Assembly (NCBI GenBank): GCA_038087875.1
Contig: JAXLNO010000136.1
Span: 1 to 64,000, forward strand
DNA: 64,000 nucleotides
Origin: Malacoraja senta
Lineage: Eukaryota
Direction of reading: 5' to 3'
The notes beneath the pieces were generated by a model that saw only the letters and a program-made list of their open reading frames with translations, had not been told where the DNA came from and made no database searches. How positions within the stretch are numbered: the first letter of the stretch is position 1; each line of letters opens with the position of its first letter. The translations under genes and the position numbers were made by a program. Positions 11,100-22,880 of this stretch are shown one piece after another.

Positions 11100-11605
11100 G
11101 GGTTGAGTTGCTTGTTAGTGGAAGCAACCAAGGAGTTTATGTTATGGCTGCTATCTTCATGCTCAGGGAGTAGAGCTGGAGGTAGCGCTTGGTACTTGCT
11201 ATTAGCAGCTTCATGTTTTAAACAGTGTACAGACTGCCTTGGGAGTGATCAGATTGCACGAGTACTGCAACATTTTGAGAAATTATTTCTTCTTTTGCAA
11301 AAATGGCATATTTTCCGAGAGCAAAACAAAGTTTGTGTTCTGCAGGGTGGGAGCCGCTACAGTTAGAACACTTTCCAATAATCTTTGAGATTATCGAGAT
11401 GATGTGTGGGGTTGTGAGTGCTGTTTACGGTAGGAAGTGTCGATAGTATCGACATGGTATGAGGAATGCGGTCCGGGTCCCAATGACCTGGTGTGAGAGG
11501 TCATGATCTCATTAATACGACAAGCATGTTCAGCTCGGGCAAGTGTTAGTTCAGTATCACAAAGTAATTCATCGCATACTTTATCACTGAGAATTCCACC
11601 CATAG
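11100..11605 (-). mobile_element. Degenerate Gypsy gag fragment
   Basis: GILSDKVCDELLCDTELTLARAEHACRINE followed by a decayed knuckle (ICHFCKRRNNFSKCC); resembles the gag at 3.4-3.7 kb. Confidence 0.65.
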
Positions 11606-11786
11606 GCTGTGGACCGAGCATCACAAATGTGTCTAGAAATCCATTTTCGTGACCCACGTCACGGAACTACATGAAATTTTCCAAAAATTTAGATGAAATA
11701 TAATTGAGAAGGTAGTCATAACTCGTCGGTGCCAAAAGTTGCACATAAATTAATTAAACTAATTAGAAAATGATATCGGGAAAGTA

Positions 11787-11804
11787 AGCGCCATCTAGTG
11801 GCCA
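11787..11804 (-). promoter_or_regulatory. CTCF core motif match
   Basis: TGGCCACTAGATGGCGCT matches the CCASYAGRKGGCRS consensus; binding unverified. Confidence 0.5.
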
Positions 11805-11874
11805 ATGCCCATATTACACCATGGGCAGCCTATTTCCGTGTTGCAGTCCATTTAAACTATATATTATACCTATA

Positions 11875-11876
<2 letters not shown>

Positions 11877-11917
<41 letters not shown>
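11877..11917. repeat. (TA)n microsatellite
   Basis: About 20 TA units. Confidence 0.95.
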
Positions 11918-11922
<5 letters not shown>

Positions 11923-12023
11923 ACGTAAATATGACTAATCATATATAATTAAGTATAATTATATCATATAACAAATAATATGATAAATACAATTGTGAGT
12001 GTTTTTTTAATGACTCTGTCGCA

Positions 12024-12380
12024 GAGGTCCTGCTCCTGAACCAGCCTAATTAATGGGTGAGGGCAGTTCTTGTGGGTTCCTCCCTTTACTGAACCCCACT
12101 GACTGCCAGTGTGCAGAGTGGGGGGTCACGGCCATAGTGGGACTGGGGCAGTTCCAGGCTTGGGGACAGCACTGCAAGGCATCTTCCAGTCGCTTTAATA
12201 GGAAATTTAATGAGACTGCAGCAGAGGTCCCAGGTTTTAAGGGCTCATGAACCTGCCTAATTAAAGGGTCAGGACAGATCCTCTGGGTTCCCCCGTTTAC
12301 TGAACCCCACTGACTGCCATAGTGGGGAGAGTGGGGGTAAAGGCCATAGTGGGACTGTGGCAGTGCCAGGCTGGGTGACA
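12024..12380. repeat. Diverged direct duplication, period about 215 bp
   Basis: GCCTAATTAA...TTTACTGAACCCCACTGACTGCCA...GGCCATAGTGGGACTG occurs twice. Confidence 0.8.
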
Positions 12381-12449
12381 GACCTGTAAGAGACCTGTCT
12401 TATTTCTGATGTAAATGCTACATCCTGACCAAGAAGCGAATGATCTGAT

Positions 12450-12637
12450 GTTTTACCCCAGACCGGATTTATTCCGCTCCCCTGTGTGTTTGTAACATTA
12501 TTTACCTCAGTTTTACCGGGTTTATTCCGCTCCCCTGTGTGTTTATAACATTATTTACTCCAGACCGGGTTTCATTTGCTCCCCTGTGTGTTAATAACAT
12601 TATTTACCTCAGTTTTACCCCAGACCGGGTTTATTCA
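12450..12637. repeat. Degenerate 50-57-bp tandem repeat, about 3.5 copies; a further copy near 12890-12925
   Basis: ACCGGGTTTATTCCGCTCCCCTGTGTGTTTATAACATTATTTACC. Confidence 0.8.
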
Positions 12638-12639
12638 AT

Positions 12640-12876
12640 ATTCAAGAGAGTTTATTGTCACATGTCCCAGATAGGACAATGAAATTCTTGCTTTGCTTCA
12701 GCACAAAAGAATATAGACGGCATGAATACAGAACAGATCAGTGTGTCCATATACCATTGTATAAATATATACACACATGTGTAAATAAAACAGATAAAGT
12801 GCAAATAAACTGATAATGGGCTATTAATGTTCAGAGTTTTGTTTGAGTCGAGTTCAATATCCTGATGGCTGTGGGG
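12640..12876 (-). mobile_element. Rex1/Babar-type 3' end fragment
   Basis: Reverse complement of 19145-19385. Confidence 0.8.
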
Positions 12877-12929
12877 CTGTTTGTGTATTTTGTTCCCCTG
12901 TGTGTTTCTAACATTATTTAGCCCAGCCC

Positions 12930-13125
12930 AGTGACTAAGTGGGTTTTCTCAGAGAATTTCACTTTCCTCCCACACTCCAAAGATGTGCATGATTGCAGGT
13001 TAATTGACTTGGTATAAATGTAACATTGTCCCTAGTGTGTGTAGGATAGTGTTAATGTGCGGGGATCGCTGGTCGGTGCAGACTCGGTGGGCCAAAGGGC
13101 CTGTTTCCGCGCTGTGTCTCTAAAT
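12930..13125 (+). mobile_element. 3' half of an HE1/V-SINE-like SINE
   Basis: Similar to 24990-25180, including the CR1-like tail GGGCCAAAGGGCCTGTTTCC. Confidence 0.75.
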
Positions 13126-14431
13126 GTGAAACTTACCATGTCACATGAAGTGTTCTCCCCCGACACTGCCCCTGATACTGTGCCCTTTACCATGGACATT
13201 GAAACCCTGTGCACAAACAGAAACAGATAGGAGCATACAGGCAGTTCAAATATCTGGAGAAGCACACCATGACAAACCAGTTACTACTTTAACTGACAAA
13301 GAAATACTTTGAATTAAATGAGACGTACAAGTAAAGGAACAGTAGTGAAGTTTGGCCCAGTTTACGCAACATTTGGCAGAATGGGGAAGATAGTCTAACC
13401 CTGGCAGACTCTTCCTGCATCAGATGACCCAGTCTTTGGAGATCCTGGGTGGAAACTAACACAAATTGGTCACCCCTTTAGAAAGGAGCAGAGAGGAGCG
13501 GAAATGGATTCTGGCAACAGACAGAAACATACTAAACCAAATATAGATTTAGACCAATTCCAAACAAAGCTACAGTTGGGTGAATGGAAGGGGCAAGATT
13601 ACCTAATTGTAATGAGCTAAAAAACAAGTGTCATGAACATTAAACTACTTTCCCTGCAACAGGAGGCAACTAGGATGACTTTAACCAGGGGATGTAACCT
13701 GGTCTAAAACAAAGTGTTGGAGCTACTCAGTGGGTCAGGCAACATCTGCCTGCCTGCAAAGGGAATGGACAGATGTTTCAGGTTGGGATCCTTCCTCAGA
13801 CAGATGGAGTAGGGTGGAGAAAGTGGAAGTGAAACTAACACTAATTGGTCATCTTCACAAAAGAGCAGAGAGGAGAGGAAATGGATTCTGGCAACAAACA
13901 CACTCAAACCAAATGTAGATTTAGACAAATTCCAAAACTATATAGGGTGAATGGCAGGATTGATAATTTGTAATGAGACTTCAAGTGTCATCAACATTAA
14001 ACTACTTTCCCTGCAACAGCAGCCAACTAGGATTACTTTAATCAGGGGATGTAACCTGGTCCAAACAAGTGCTGGAGGTACTTGGCAGATCAGGCACCAA
14101 CTACCCGACCACAAAGGGAATGTACAGATGCTGTCGTTTCCTGTTGGGACCCTTTTCAGACTGATGGAGTCTGGCTGAGAAAGTGGGAAAGAGGTCGGAG
14201 CAGGACAAAGCCTGTTATGTGATTAGTGGATACAGGGGAGAGGGTGATGGGTTGTGACATTGGCTAGGGGTGACAAGGAGACAAAAGGTGCTACAGATGA
14301 GAAGAGTGAAACGTAAAGCTGGAGGGAGGGATACGGGTGGAAGGGGATCGAGTGAGATATGAGACCGGTTTGGGAGGTGAGCATACACAGGGAAGGAGCA
14401 GAGTGACCAAGGTGTTGAGGGAAGTGTTCAC

Positions 14432-14762
14432 ACCAGGGTGGGGGGGGGGGGGGGTGCATGGAAAGAGGGGGTTCCCATCACCAGGGTGGGGGGTGTAGAG
14501 TAAGAGGGGGTTCCCATCACCAGGGTGGGGGGTGCTGGGAAAGAGGGGGTTTCCCATCACCAGGGTGGGGGGGGTGCATGGAAAGAGGGGGTTCCCATCA
14601 TCAGGGTGGGGGGTGCAGGGAAAGAGGGGGTTCCCATCACCAGGGGTGGGGGGGTGCTGGGAAAGAGGGGGTTCCCATCACCAGGGTGGGGGGTGAAGGG
14701 AAAGAGGGGGTTCCCATCACCAGGGTGGGGGGTGCAGGGAAAGAGGGGGTTTCCATCACCAG
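14432..14762 (+). repeat. G-rich minisatellite, about 39-bp unit
   Basis: CCCATCACCAGGGTGGGGGGTGCAGGGAAAGAGGGGGTT, about 8 copies. Confidence 0.92.
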
Positions 14763-14809
14763 TATGCTGATTTGCCACCTCCATGCCACATTTCCCTTTT
14801 ATCCTGGGT

Positions 14810-15091
14810 TAGCCTCTACTTCCTGAGAAGATTACCGAGAGTAGGTTTGTCAAGGAGGACTCTCTCTAACTTCTACGGGTGCACAGTAGAGAGCATGCTG
14901 ACCGGTTGCATCGTGGCTTGGTTCAGCAACTTGAGAGCCCTGGAGAGGAAAAGACTACAAAAAAGTAGTAACACTGCCCAGTCCATCATCGGCTCTAACA
15001 TTCCTTCCATCGAGGGGATCTATCGCAGTCGCTCCCTCAAAAAGGCTGGCAGTATCATCAATGACCCACACCATCCTGGCCACACTCATCT
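14810..15091 (+). mobile_element. Rex1/Babar fragment, copy 1
   Basis: LYFLRRL...FYGCTVESMLTGCIVAWF...KKAGSIINDPHHPGH. Confidence 0.85.
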
Positions 15092-15381
15092 GTGTTGGAG
15101 CTACTCAGTGGGTCAGGCAACATCTGCCTGCCTGCAAAGGGAATGGACAGATGTTTCAGGTTGGGATCCTTCCTCAGACAGATGGAGTAGGGTAGAGAAA
15201 GTGGAAGTGAAACTAACACTAATTGGTCACCTTCACAAAAGATCAGAGAGGAGAGGAAATGGATTCTGGCAACAAACACACTCAAACCAAATGTAGATTT
15301 AGACAAATTCCAAAACTATATAGGGTGAATGGCAGGATTGATAATTTGTAATGAGACCAAGTTGTTGAGGGAAGTGTTCAC

Positions 15382-15670
15382 ACCAGGGTGGGGGGGGGGG
15401 GGTGCAGGGAAGAGGGTGTTCCCACCACCAGGGTGGGGGGGTGCAGGGTAAGAGGGGGTTCCCATCACCAGGGTGGGTGTGCAGGGAAAGAGGCGGTTCC
15501 CATCATCAGGGTGGGGGGTGCAGGGAAAGAGGGGGTTCCCATCACCAGGGTGGGGGGTGCAGGGAAAGAGGGGGTTCCCATCACCAGGGTGGGGGGTGAA
15601 GGGAAAGAGGGGGTTCCCATCACCAGGGTGGGGGGGGGGGGTGCAGGGAAAGAGGGGGTTCCCATCACCA
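15382..15670 (+). repeat. Duplicate of the 39-bp G-rich minisatellite
   Basis: Same unit, about 7 copies. Confidence 0.92.
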
Positions 15671-15719
15671 GTATGCTGATTTCCCACCTCCATGCCACAT
15701 TTCCCTTTTATCGTGGGTT

Positions 15720-16000
15720 AGCCTCTACTTCCTGAGAAGATTACCGAGAGTCGGTTTGTCAAGGAGGACTCTCTCTAACTTCTACAGGTGCACAGTAGAG
15801 AGCATGCTGACCGGTTGCATCGTGGCTTGGTTCAGCAACTTGAGCGCCCTGGAGAGGAAAGACGACAAAAAAGAAGTAAACACTGCCCAGTCCATCATCG
15901 GCTCTGACCTTCCTTCCATCGAGGGGATCTATCGCAGTCGCTCCCTCAAAAAGGCTGGCAGTATCATCAATGACCCACACCATCCTGGCCACACTCATCT
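15720..16000 (+). mobile_element. Rex1/Babar fragment, copy 2; continues at 19071
   Basis: ...DPHHPGHTLI, resuming as ISPLPSGRRYRSL at 19071. Confidence 0.85.
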
Positions 16001-16046
16001 GTGTTGGAGCTACTCAGTGGGTCAGGCAACATCTGCTTGCCTGCAA

Positions 16047-19000
16047 AGGGACTCAAATAGAGAAAGCTAGTGGAAAATGTGGGAGGCAGGAGGCAGAGAA
16101 GGGGAGCACTCGGACCCAAAATGTAGGGGAGAAAGAAGAAAAAGATAATAAACAGAGAATAAGTGGTGGTGGGTTTCTTAAATGTGTATATGTTAATGCT
16201 AGGAGCATTGTAAGAAAGGTGGACGAGCTTAGAGCCTGGATTGACACCTGGAAGTATGATGTTGTGGCGATCAGTGAAACATGGTTGCAGGAGGGCTGTG
16301 ATTGGCAAATAAATATTCCAGGATTTCGTTGCTTCAGGGGTGATAGAATTGGAGGGGCAAGAGGTGGGGGTGTTGCATTGCTTGTCAAGGAAGATATTAC
16401 AGCAGTGCTTTGGCAGGATAGATTAGAGGGCTCGTCTAGGGAGGCTATTTGGGTGGAACTGAGAAATGGGAAAGGTGTAGCAACACTTATAGGGGTGTAT
16501 TATAGACCGCCAAATGGGGAGCGAGAATTGGAAGAGCAAATATGTAAGGAGATAGCAGATATTAGTAGTAAGCACAAGGTCGTGATTGTGGGAGATTTCA
16601 ATTTTCCACACATAGACTGGGAAACACATTCTGTAAAAGGGCTGGATGGTTTGGAGTTTGTAAAATGTGTGCAAGATAGTTTTTTGCAGCAATACATAGA
16701 GGTACCTACTAGAGAAGGGGCAGTGCTGGACCTCCTGTTAGGAAATGAGACAGGGCAGGTGGCGGAGGTATGCGTCGGGGAGCACTTCGGGTCCAGTGAT
16801 CACAATACCATTAGTTTCAATATAATTATGGAGAGGGTCAGAACTGGATCCAGGGTTGAGATTTTTGTTTGGAGAAAGGCTAACTTTGAGGAGATGCGAA
16901 AGGATTTAAAAGGAGTGAATTGGGACATGTTGTTTTATGGGAAGGATGTAGAAAAAAAATGGAGGACATTTAAGGGTGAAATTTTAAAAGCACAGAATCT
17001 TTATGTCCCTGTTCGGTTGAAAGGAAATAGTAAAAAATGAAAAGAGCCATGGTTTTCAAGGGAAATTGGACACTTGGTTCGGAAAAAGAGAGAGATCTAC
17101 AATAATTATAGGCAGCATGGAGTAAATGAGGTGCTTGAGGAGTATAAAGAATGTAAAAAGAATATTAAGAAAGAAATTAGAAAAGCTAAAAGAAGATATG
17201 AGGTTGCTTTGGCAAGTAAGGTGAAAGTAAATCCAAAGGGTTTCTACAGCTATATTAATAGCAAAAGGATAACAAGGAATAAAATTGGTCCATTAGAGAG
17301 TCAGAGTGGACAGTTATCTGCAGAGCCAAAAGAGATGGGGGAGATATTGAACAATTTCTTTTCTTCGGTATTTACGAAGGAGAAGGATATGGAATTATGT
17401 GAGGTAAGGGAAACAAGCAGAGTAGCAATGGAAACTGTGAGATTCAAAGAAGCTGAGGTGCGGACACTTTTGAAAAATATGAAAACGGATAAGTCTCCAG
17501 GTCCTGACAGGATATTCCCTAGGACATTGAGGGAAGTTAGTGTAGAAATAGCAGGGGCTATGACAGAAATATTTCAAATGTCATTAGAAACGGGAATAGT
17601 GCCGGAGGATTGGCGTACTGCGCATGTTGTTCCGTTGTTTAAAAAGGGTTCGAAGAGTAAACCTAGCAATTATAGACCTGTTACTTTGACGTCAGTGGTG
17701 GGCAAATTAATGGAAAGGATACTTAAAGATAATATATATAAGCATCTGGATAAGCAGGGTCTGATTAGGAACAGTCAACATGGATTTGTGCCTGGAAGGT
17801 CATGCTTGACTAATCTTCTTGAATTTTTCGAAGAGGTTACTAGGGAAATTGATGAGGGTAAAGCAGTGGATGTTGTCTATATGGACTTCAGTAAGGCCTT
17901 TGACATGGTTCCTCATGGAAGGTTGGTTAAGAAGATTCAATTGTTGGGTATTAATGGCGGAGTAGCAAGATGGATTCAACAGTGGCTGAATGGGAGATGC
18001 CAGAGAGTAATGGTGGATGGCTGTTTGTCAGGTTGGAGGCCGGTGACTAGTGGGGTGCCTCAGGGGTCTGTGTTGGGTCCACTGTTGTTTGTCATGTACA
18101 TCAATGAGCTGGATGATGGTGTGGAAAATTGGATTAGTAAGTATGCAAATGATACTAAGATAGGTGGTGTTGTGGATAATGAAGTAGATTTTCAAAGTCT
18201 ACAGAGAGATTTAGGCCATTTGGAAGAGTGGGCTGAAAGATGGCAAATGGAGTTTAATGCTGACAAATGTGAGGTGCTACATCTCGCAGGACAAATCAAA
18301 ATAGGACGTACACGGTAAATGGTAGCGAATTGAGGAATGCAGTTGAACAGAGGGATCTAGGAATAACTGTGCATAGTTCCCTGAAGGTGGAATCTCATGT
18401 AGATAGGGTGGTAAAGAAAGCTTTTGGTGTGCTGGCCTTTATAAATCAGAGCATTGAATATAGATGTTGGGATGTAATGTTAAAATTGTACAAGGCATTG
18501 GTGAGGCCAATTCTGGAGTATGGAGTACAATTATGGTCGCCTAATTATAGGAAGGATGTCAACAAAATAGAGAGAGTACAGAGGAGAATTACTAGAATGT
18601 TGCCTGGGTTTCAGCAACTAAGTTACAGAGAAAGGTTGAACAAGTTAGGTCTTTATTCTTTGGAGCGCAGAAGGTTAAGAGGGGACTTGATAGAGGTCTT
18701 TAAAATTATGAGCGGGTTAGACAGAGTGGACGTGGATAAGCTTTTCCCATTGAGAGTAGGGAAGATTCAAACAAGGGGGACATGAGAATTAAGGGACAGA
18801 AGTTTAGGGGAGACATTAGGGGAACTTCTTTACTCAGAGAGTGGTAACTGTGTGGTATGAGCTTCCAGTGAAAGCGGTGGAGGCAGGTTCGATGTTATCC
18901 TTTAAAAATAGATTGGATGGGTATATGGACGGGAAAGGAATGGAGGGTTATGGTCCGAGTGCAGATAGATGGGACTAGGGGGAAATATTTATTTTTAATG

Positions 19001-19070
19001 TTCGGCACGGACTTGAAGGGCCGAGATGGCCTGTTTCCGTGCTGTTATGGTTATATATGGTTATATGGTT
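16047..19070 (+). mobile_element. CR1 LINE (subfamily A) with near-complete but disrupted ORF2 (APE endonuclease plus RT)
   Basis: NARSI, ISETWL, VGDFN, GSSDH, KSPGPD, GVPQGSVLGP, YAND in place of YADD. Stop at 17038-17040, frameshifts near 18285 and 18783. (TTATATGG)n tail. Confidence 0.96.
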
Positions 19071-19385
19071 ATCTCCCCGCTACCTTCAGGTAGAAGGTAC
19101 AGGAGCCTGAAGACTGCAACGACCAGGTTCAGGAATAGCTACTTCCCCACAGCCATCAGGCTATTAAACTTGGCTCGGACAAAACTCTGAACATTAATAG
19201 CCCATTATATGTTATTTGCACGTTAGCAGTTTATTTATTCATGTGTGTATATATTTATATAATGGTATATGGACACACTGATCTGTTTTGTAGTCAATGC
19301 CTTCTATGTTCTGTGTGCTGAAGCAAAGCAAGAATGTCATTGTCCTATCAGGGACACATGACAATAAACTCACTTGAACTTGAAC
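19071..19385 (+). mobile_element. Rex1/Babar 3' end (remainder of the interrupted element)
   Basis: ISPLPSGRRYRSLKTATTRFRNSYFPTAIRLLN, then AATAAA and (CTTGAA)n tail. Confidence 0.85.
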
Positions 19386-20336
19386 TATCCCCTCCCATGT
19401 CCCATTCACCCATAAACCTCCCTCTGGTTTCATCTTCCACACCTCTACCCTTCTGATCCAACATGTTTTATCACTTTCACCTCTGGCCTTTGTTACTTAT
19501 TCCATCCATCTGCCAATCACCCACCCCCACATGACAGGTTTTGTCCCACCCCCACTTTCCATCTTTCACCCCCTACTCCAGTCTGTAGGCTTCCAACCCA
19601 AAATGCCATTTGTCTATTTCCCCCACAGATGCTGCCTGACCCTCAGAGTTCCTCCAGCACTTCTGCTCAACATTCCAGCACCCTGAAATACAAGGAACGT
19701 GACCACAAAGCAATTAGGAAAGGACATTGTTAATCTTTCTCAAAGATTTATCACCATTGAAACCACGAGAGGGTCTAAACAAGGGCCTTATCTTCATATC
19801 ATCTCCACAAAGACTAGATTAGATAGACTTGGTTATAGCAAAATAAAATCACTTTAATGATTGAAATCTCCTGACATCCTTGATCACACCCTCTATCACG
19901 AGCAGTACTTGGAACAGCAAGTTGACAAAGCCCATCTATCACAAACCATAGAAAACTGGGGACATTAGAAGATCTCCAAAGACCTTGGCACATCAACCAG
20001 AAACAAGTAGAATAACTGTAGAGGGAGAAACAGCAGCAGGTGAGAACATTCTACATTCACCTCAAAATATCAAACACTGGGTGGACAGGGCCTGGAAAAA
20101 TAACTCTAGGTCCAATGTTTCAAGGTCAGTTTATCGTCACATGTATCAATTAAGGTTCAGTGAAATTCAAATGTGTCTGCAGTAGTGAATCCTGCAGGGT
20201 AGAAGAATACATTGACTATTTTCATAATCTAACTGGCACAGCAACATGCCAGCTATATCAAAGATAAAACTTCACACAAACAGTGAACTCCCTGAATGAG
20301 CTGCCCAATGCTGTAACTCTTACTATGGGCATCAAA

Positions 20337-20535
20337 CGTGACCCGCTGAGTTACTCCAGCACTCTGTGAAACATCACCTATCCATGTTCTCCACAGATGC
20401 TGCCTGAGCCGCTGAGTTACTCCAGAAATCTGTGAAACGGCACCTATCCATGTTCTCCACAGATGCTGCCTGACCCGCTGAGGTACTCCAGCACTTTGTG
20501 CCTTTTTTGCTGTAAATCAGCACCTGCAGTTCCTT
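20337..20535 (+). repeat. 66-bp tandem repeat from the Penelope terminal repeat, about 2.5 copies
   Basis: CCGCTGAGTTACTCCAGCACTCTGTGAAAC..CACCTATCCATGTTCTCCACAGATGCTGCCTGA. Confidence 0.75.
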
Positions 20536-20797
20536 GATTTTCATCCCTGGTTTCAAGGTTTTTACTAAATTTGGTATGAGTGCAATGGGTGCATTACGGG
20601 GAAAGGTAAAGGGTCACAGAGCAATAAAGAACCATTTTGCAGTAAAGAGCACAATATCTAATTTGTAGACAGCGCTCCCAATGTGCAGTGAATTCACATA
20701 ACAGGTCGCTCCAATTTGTGGTCAACACTCCCACCGTGTGGTGATCCGCTGCACTGCAGGCCCGTCCAATTTGTGGTCAACACTCCCACCGTTTGGT

Positions 20798-21890
20798 TTA
20801 AGAAAGAATTGCAGATGCTGGAAAAATCGAAGGTTGACAAAAATGCTGGAGTAACTCAGCGGGTGAGGCAGCATATATGGAGAGAAGGAATAAATGACGT
20901 TTCAGGTCCAGACCCTTCTTCGGACTGAAGTTGGGGTGGTGGGGGCGGGAAAAAGAAAGGAAGAGGCAGAGACAGTAGGCTGTGGGAGAGCTGGGAAGGG
21001 GAAGGAGGGAGAAAATAAGGACTACCTGAAATTGGAGAATGGGAAGATGAGGCAGGTGGTGGGATCCCGTTGGAGGTGGCAAAATTCTCAGAGGATTATC
21101 TGTTGTATGTGACGGCTGGTTAGGTGGATGGTGAGGACAATAGACAATAGACAATAGGTGCAGGAGTAGATGCCATTTGGCCCTTCGAGCCAGCACCGCC
21201 ATTCAATGTGATCATGGCTGATCATCCCCAATCAGTACCCCGTTCCTGCCTTCTCCCCATATCCCCTGACTCCGCAATTTTTAAGAGCCCTATCCAGCTC
21301 CTTCTTGAAAGTATCCAGAGAACCTGCCTCCACCGCCCTCCGAGGCAGAGAATTCCACAGACTCACAACTCTCTGTGAGAAAAAGTGTTTCCTCGTCTCC
21401 GTTCTAAATGGCTTGCTCCATATTCTTAAACTGTGGCCATTGGTTCTGGGCTCCCCCAACATTGGGAACATGTTTCCTGCCTCTAGTGTGTCCAAGCCCT
21501 TAACAAACGTACATGTTTCAATGAGATCCCCTCTCATTCTTCTAAACTCCAGAGTATACAAGCCCAGCCACTCCATTCTCTCAGCATACGACAGTCCCGC
21601 CATCCCAGGAATTAACCTGGTGAACCTACGCTGGGCTCCCTCTATAGCAAGAATGTCCTTCCTCAAATTAGGGGACCAAAACTGTACACAATACTCCAGG
21701 TGTGGTCTCACTAGGGCCCTGTACAACTGCTCCTATATTTGATTCCTCTCGTTATAAAGGCCAATATGCCATTCGCTTTCTTCACTGCCTGCTGTACCAG
21801 CAATGGGGGACATGGGGGACTCTGTCCTTGTTACGAGTAGGGAGATGGGGAGTAAGAGCAGAGCTGCGGGATATAGAGGAGACCATGATA
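20798..21890 (-). mobile_element. Penelope-like element fragment interrupted by a CR1
   Basis: VSSISRSSALTPHLPTRNKDRVP (about 21885-21815) continues as LTIHLTSRHIQQIIL...HLQRDPTT (below 21136). Downstream terminal repeat with a mutated hammerhead motif at 20896-20925. Confidence 0.7.
21137..21800 (-). mobile_element. CR1 LINE 3' fragment, (CTATTGT)n tail
   Basis: YRALVRPHLEYCVQFWSP...GYGEKAGTGY*. Confidence 0.92.
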
Positions 21891-22147
21891 AGTGTGCTGG
21901 AGAAACTCAGCAGGTCAGGCATCATCTCTGGAGGAAAGGGATGGGTGATATTTTGGGTAAGAACCCTTCTTCTGTTCCATCCCCAAATCACTTGTTTCTC
22001 CAGAGATGCTGCCTGACCCACTCAGTCACTCCAGCAATGTGTCTATCTTTGGTATAAACCAGCATCTACAGGTCTTTGTTTCCACATTTTACATCAGCCA
22101 GATTCAATTTCAGTTGTGATAAGGTTAGGGTATCATCACTTTAGTAA

Positions 22148-22436
22148 AGATAGAAAATAGGTGCAGGAGGAGGCCATTCGGCCCTTCGAGCGAGCAGCAG
22201 CATCCATTGCGATCCTGGCTGATCATCCCCAATCTATGACCCGTGCCTGCCTTCTCCCCATATCTCTCGACTCCACTAGCCCCTAGAGCTCTATCTAACT
22301 CTCTCTTAAATCCATCCAGTGATTTGGCCTCCACTGCCCTCTGTGGCAGGGAATTCCACGAATAAGATTCCAAACATACATCCTTTTATTCTGACACTGT
22401 GCCCTCTGGTCCGAGACTCTCCCACTAGTAGAAACA
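22148..22436 (-). mobile_element. CR1 3' fragment, internally deleted
   Basis: WNSLPQRAVEAKSLDGFKRELD plus CR1 3'UTR. Confidence 0.85.
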
Positions 22437-22607
22437 TATTTTAGTCCGGAGATACAGCACAGAATCAGCACAAATACAATTGCACCAGAAAAAAAAATCA
22501 TTAAAATCCCTGGACACTTCAAATGACAACAATTGAAAGGAAAAGTCAGCTGAATTAATCAAAGAAGCAAACACAACTCAGGAGAGAGCGATAGTGTTCT
22601 CACCAAC

Positions 22608-22683
22608 CTCATGCCCTGGAGATGTAGATCCACATCAGACACAAGCGGAGACTCCCTGTCTCTACCCTGAGCACTGCTCCCAT
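22608..22683 (-). pseudogene. Putative signal-peptide (leader) exon with an in-frame stop
   Basis: MGAVLRVETGSLRLCLMWIYISRA* then G|GTTGGT (alternative donor GTGAGA 4 nt on); TATA box about 75 bp upstream. Confidence 0.45.
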
Positions 22684-22749
22684 CCACAGCCCAGGACCAC
22701 TGCTCTCATCCACAGCCCAGGACAACTGCACTCAGACACTCTCACAACT

Positions 22750-22880
22750 CCCCCTTTTATACACAGCAGCTGACAATTTCCTAATCAGCTTCAATTAAGC
22801 TGATTACCACATTAACCCTTCGCCCACCAGTGGCCAATCAATGTTTGTTGCACACATGATGATATCCACCTGGGGGCAGT
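22750..22880 (-). promoter_or_regulatory. Putative Pol II promoter: TATAAAAG, E-box, CCAAT, CTCF-like site
   Basis: TATAAAA at 22761-22755 (minus), CAGCTG near 22767, CCAAT near 22833, CCACCTGGGGGCAG at 22866-22879. Confidence 0.45.

Larger units (their letters stand above)
13714..16051 (+). repeat. Complex tandem duplication: A-X-B (13714-15091), A'-B' (15092-16000), A'' (16001-16051)
   Basis: Identical junction CACACTCATCT|GTGTTGGAGCTACTC at 15091 and 16000. The second copy lacks about 13980-14407. Confidence 0.9.

Noticed and set aside
14223..15735. Gly/Pro-rich ORFs
   Set aside because: Translations of the 39-bp minisatellite.
20709..20792. Short direct repeat TCCAATTTGTGGTCAACACTCCCACCGT, two copies
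   Set aside because: Only two copies and no supporting structure; probably a local duplication.
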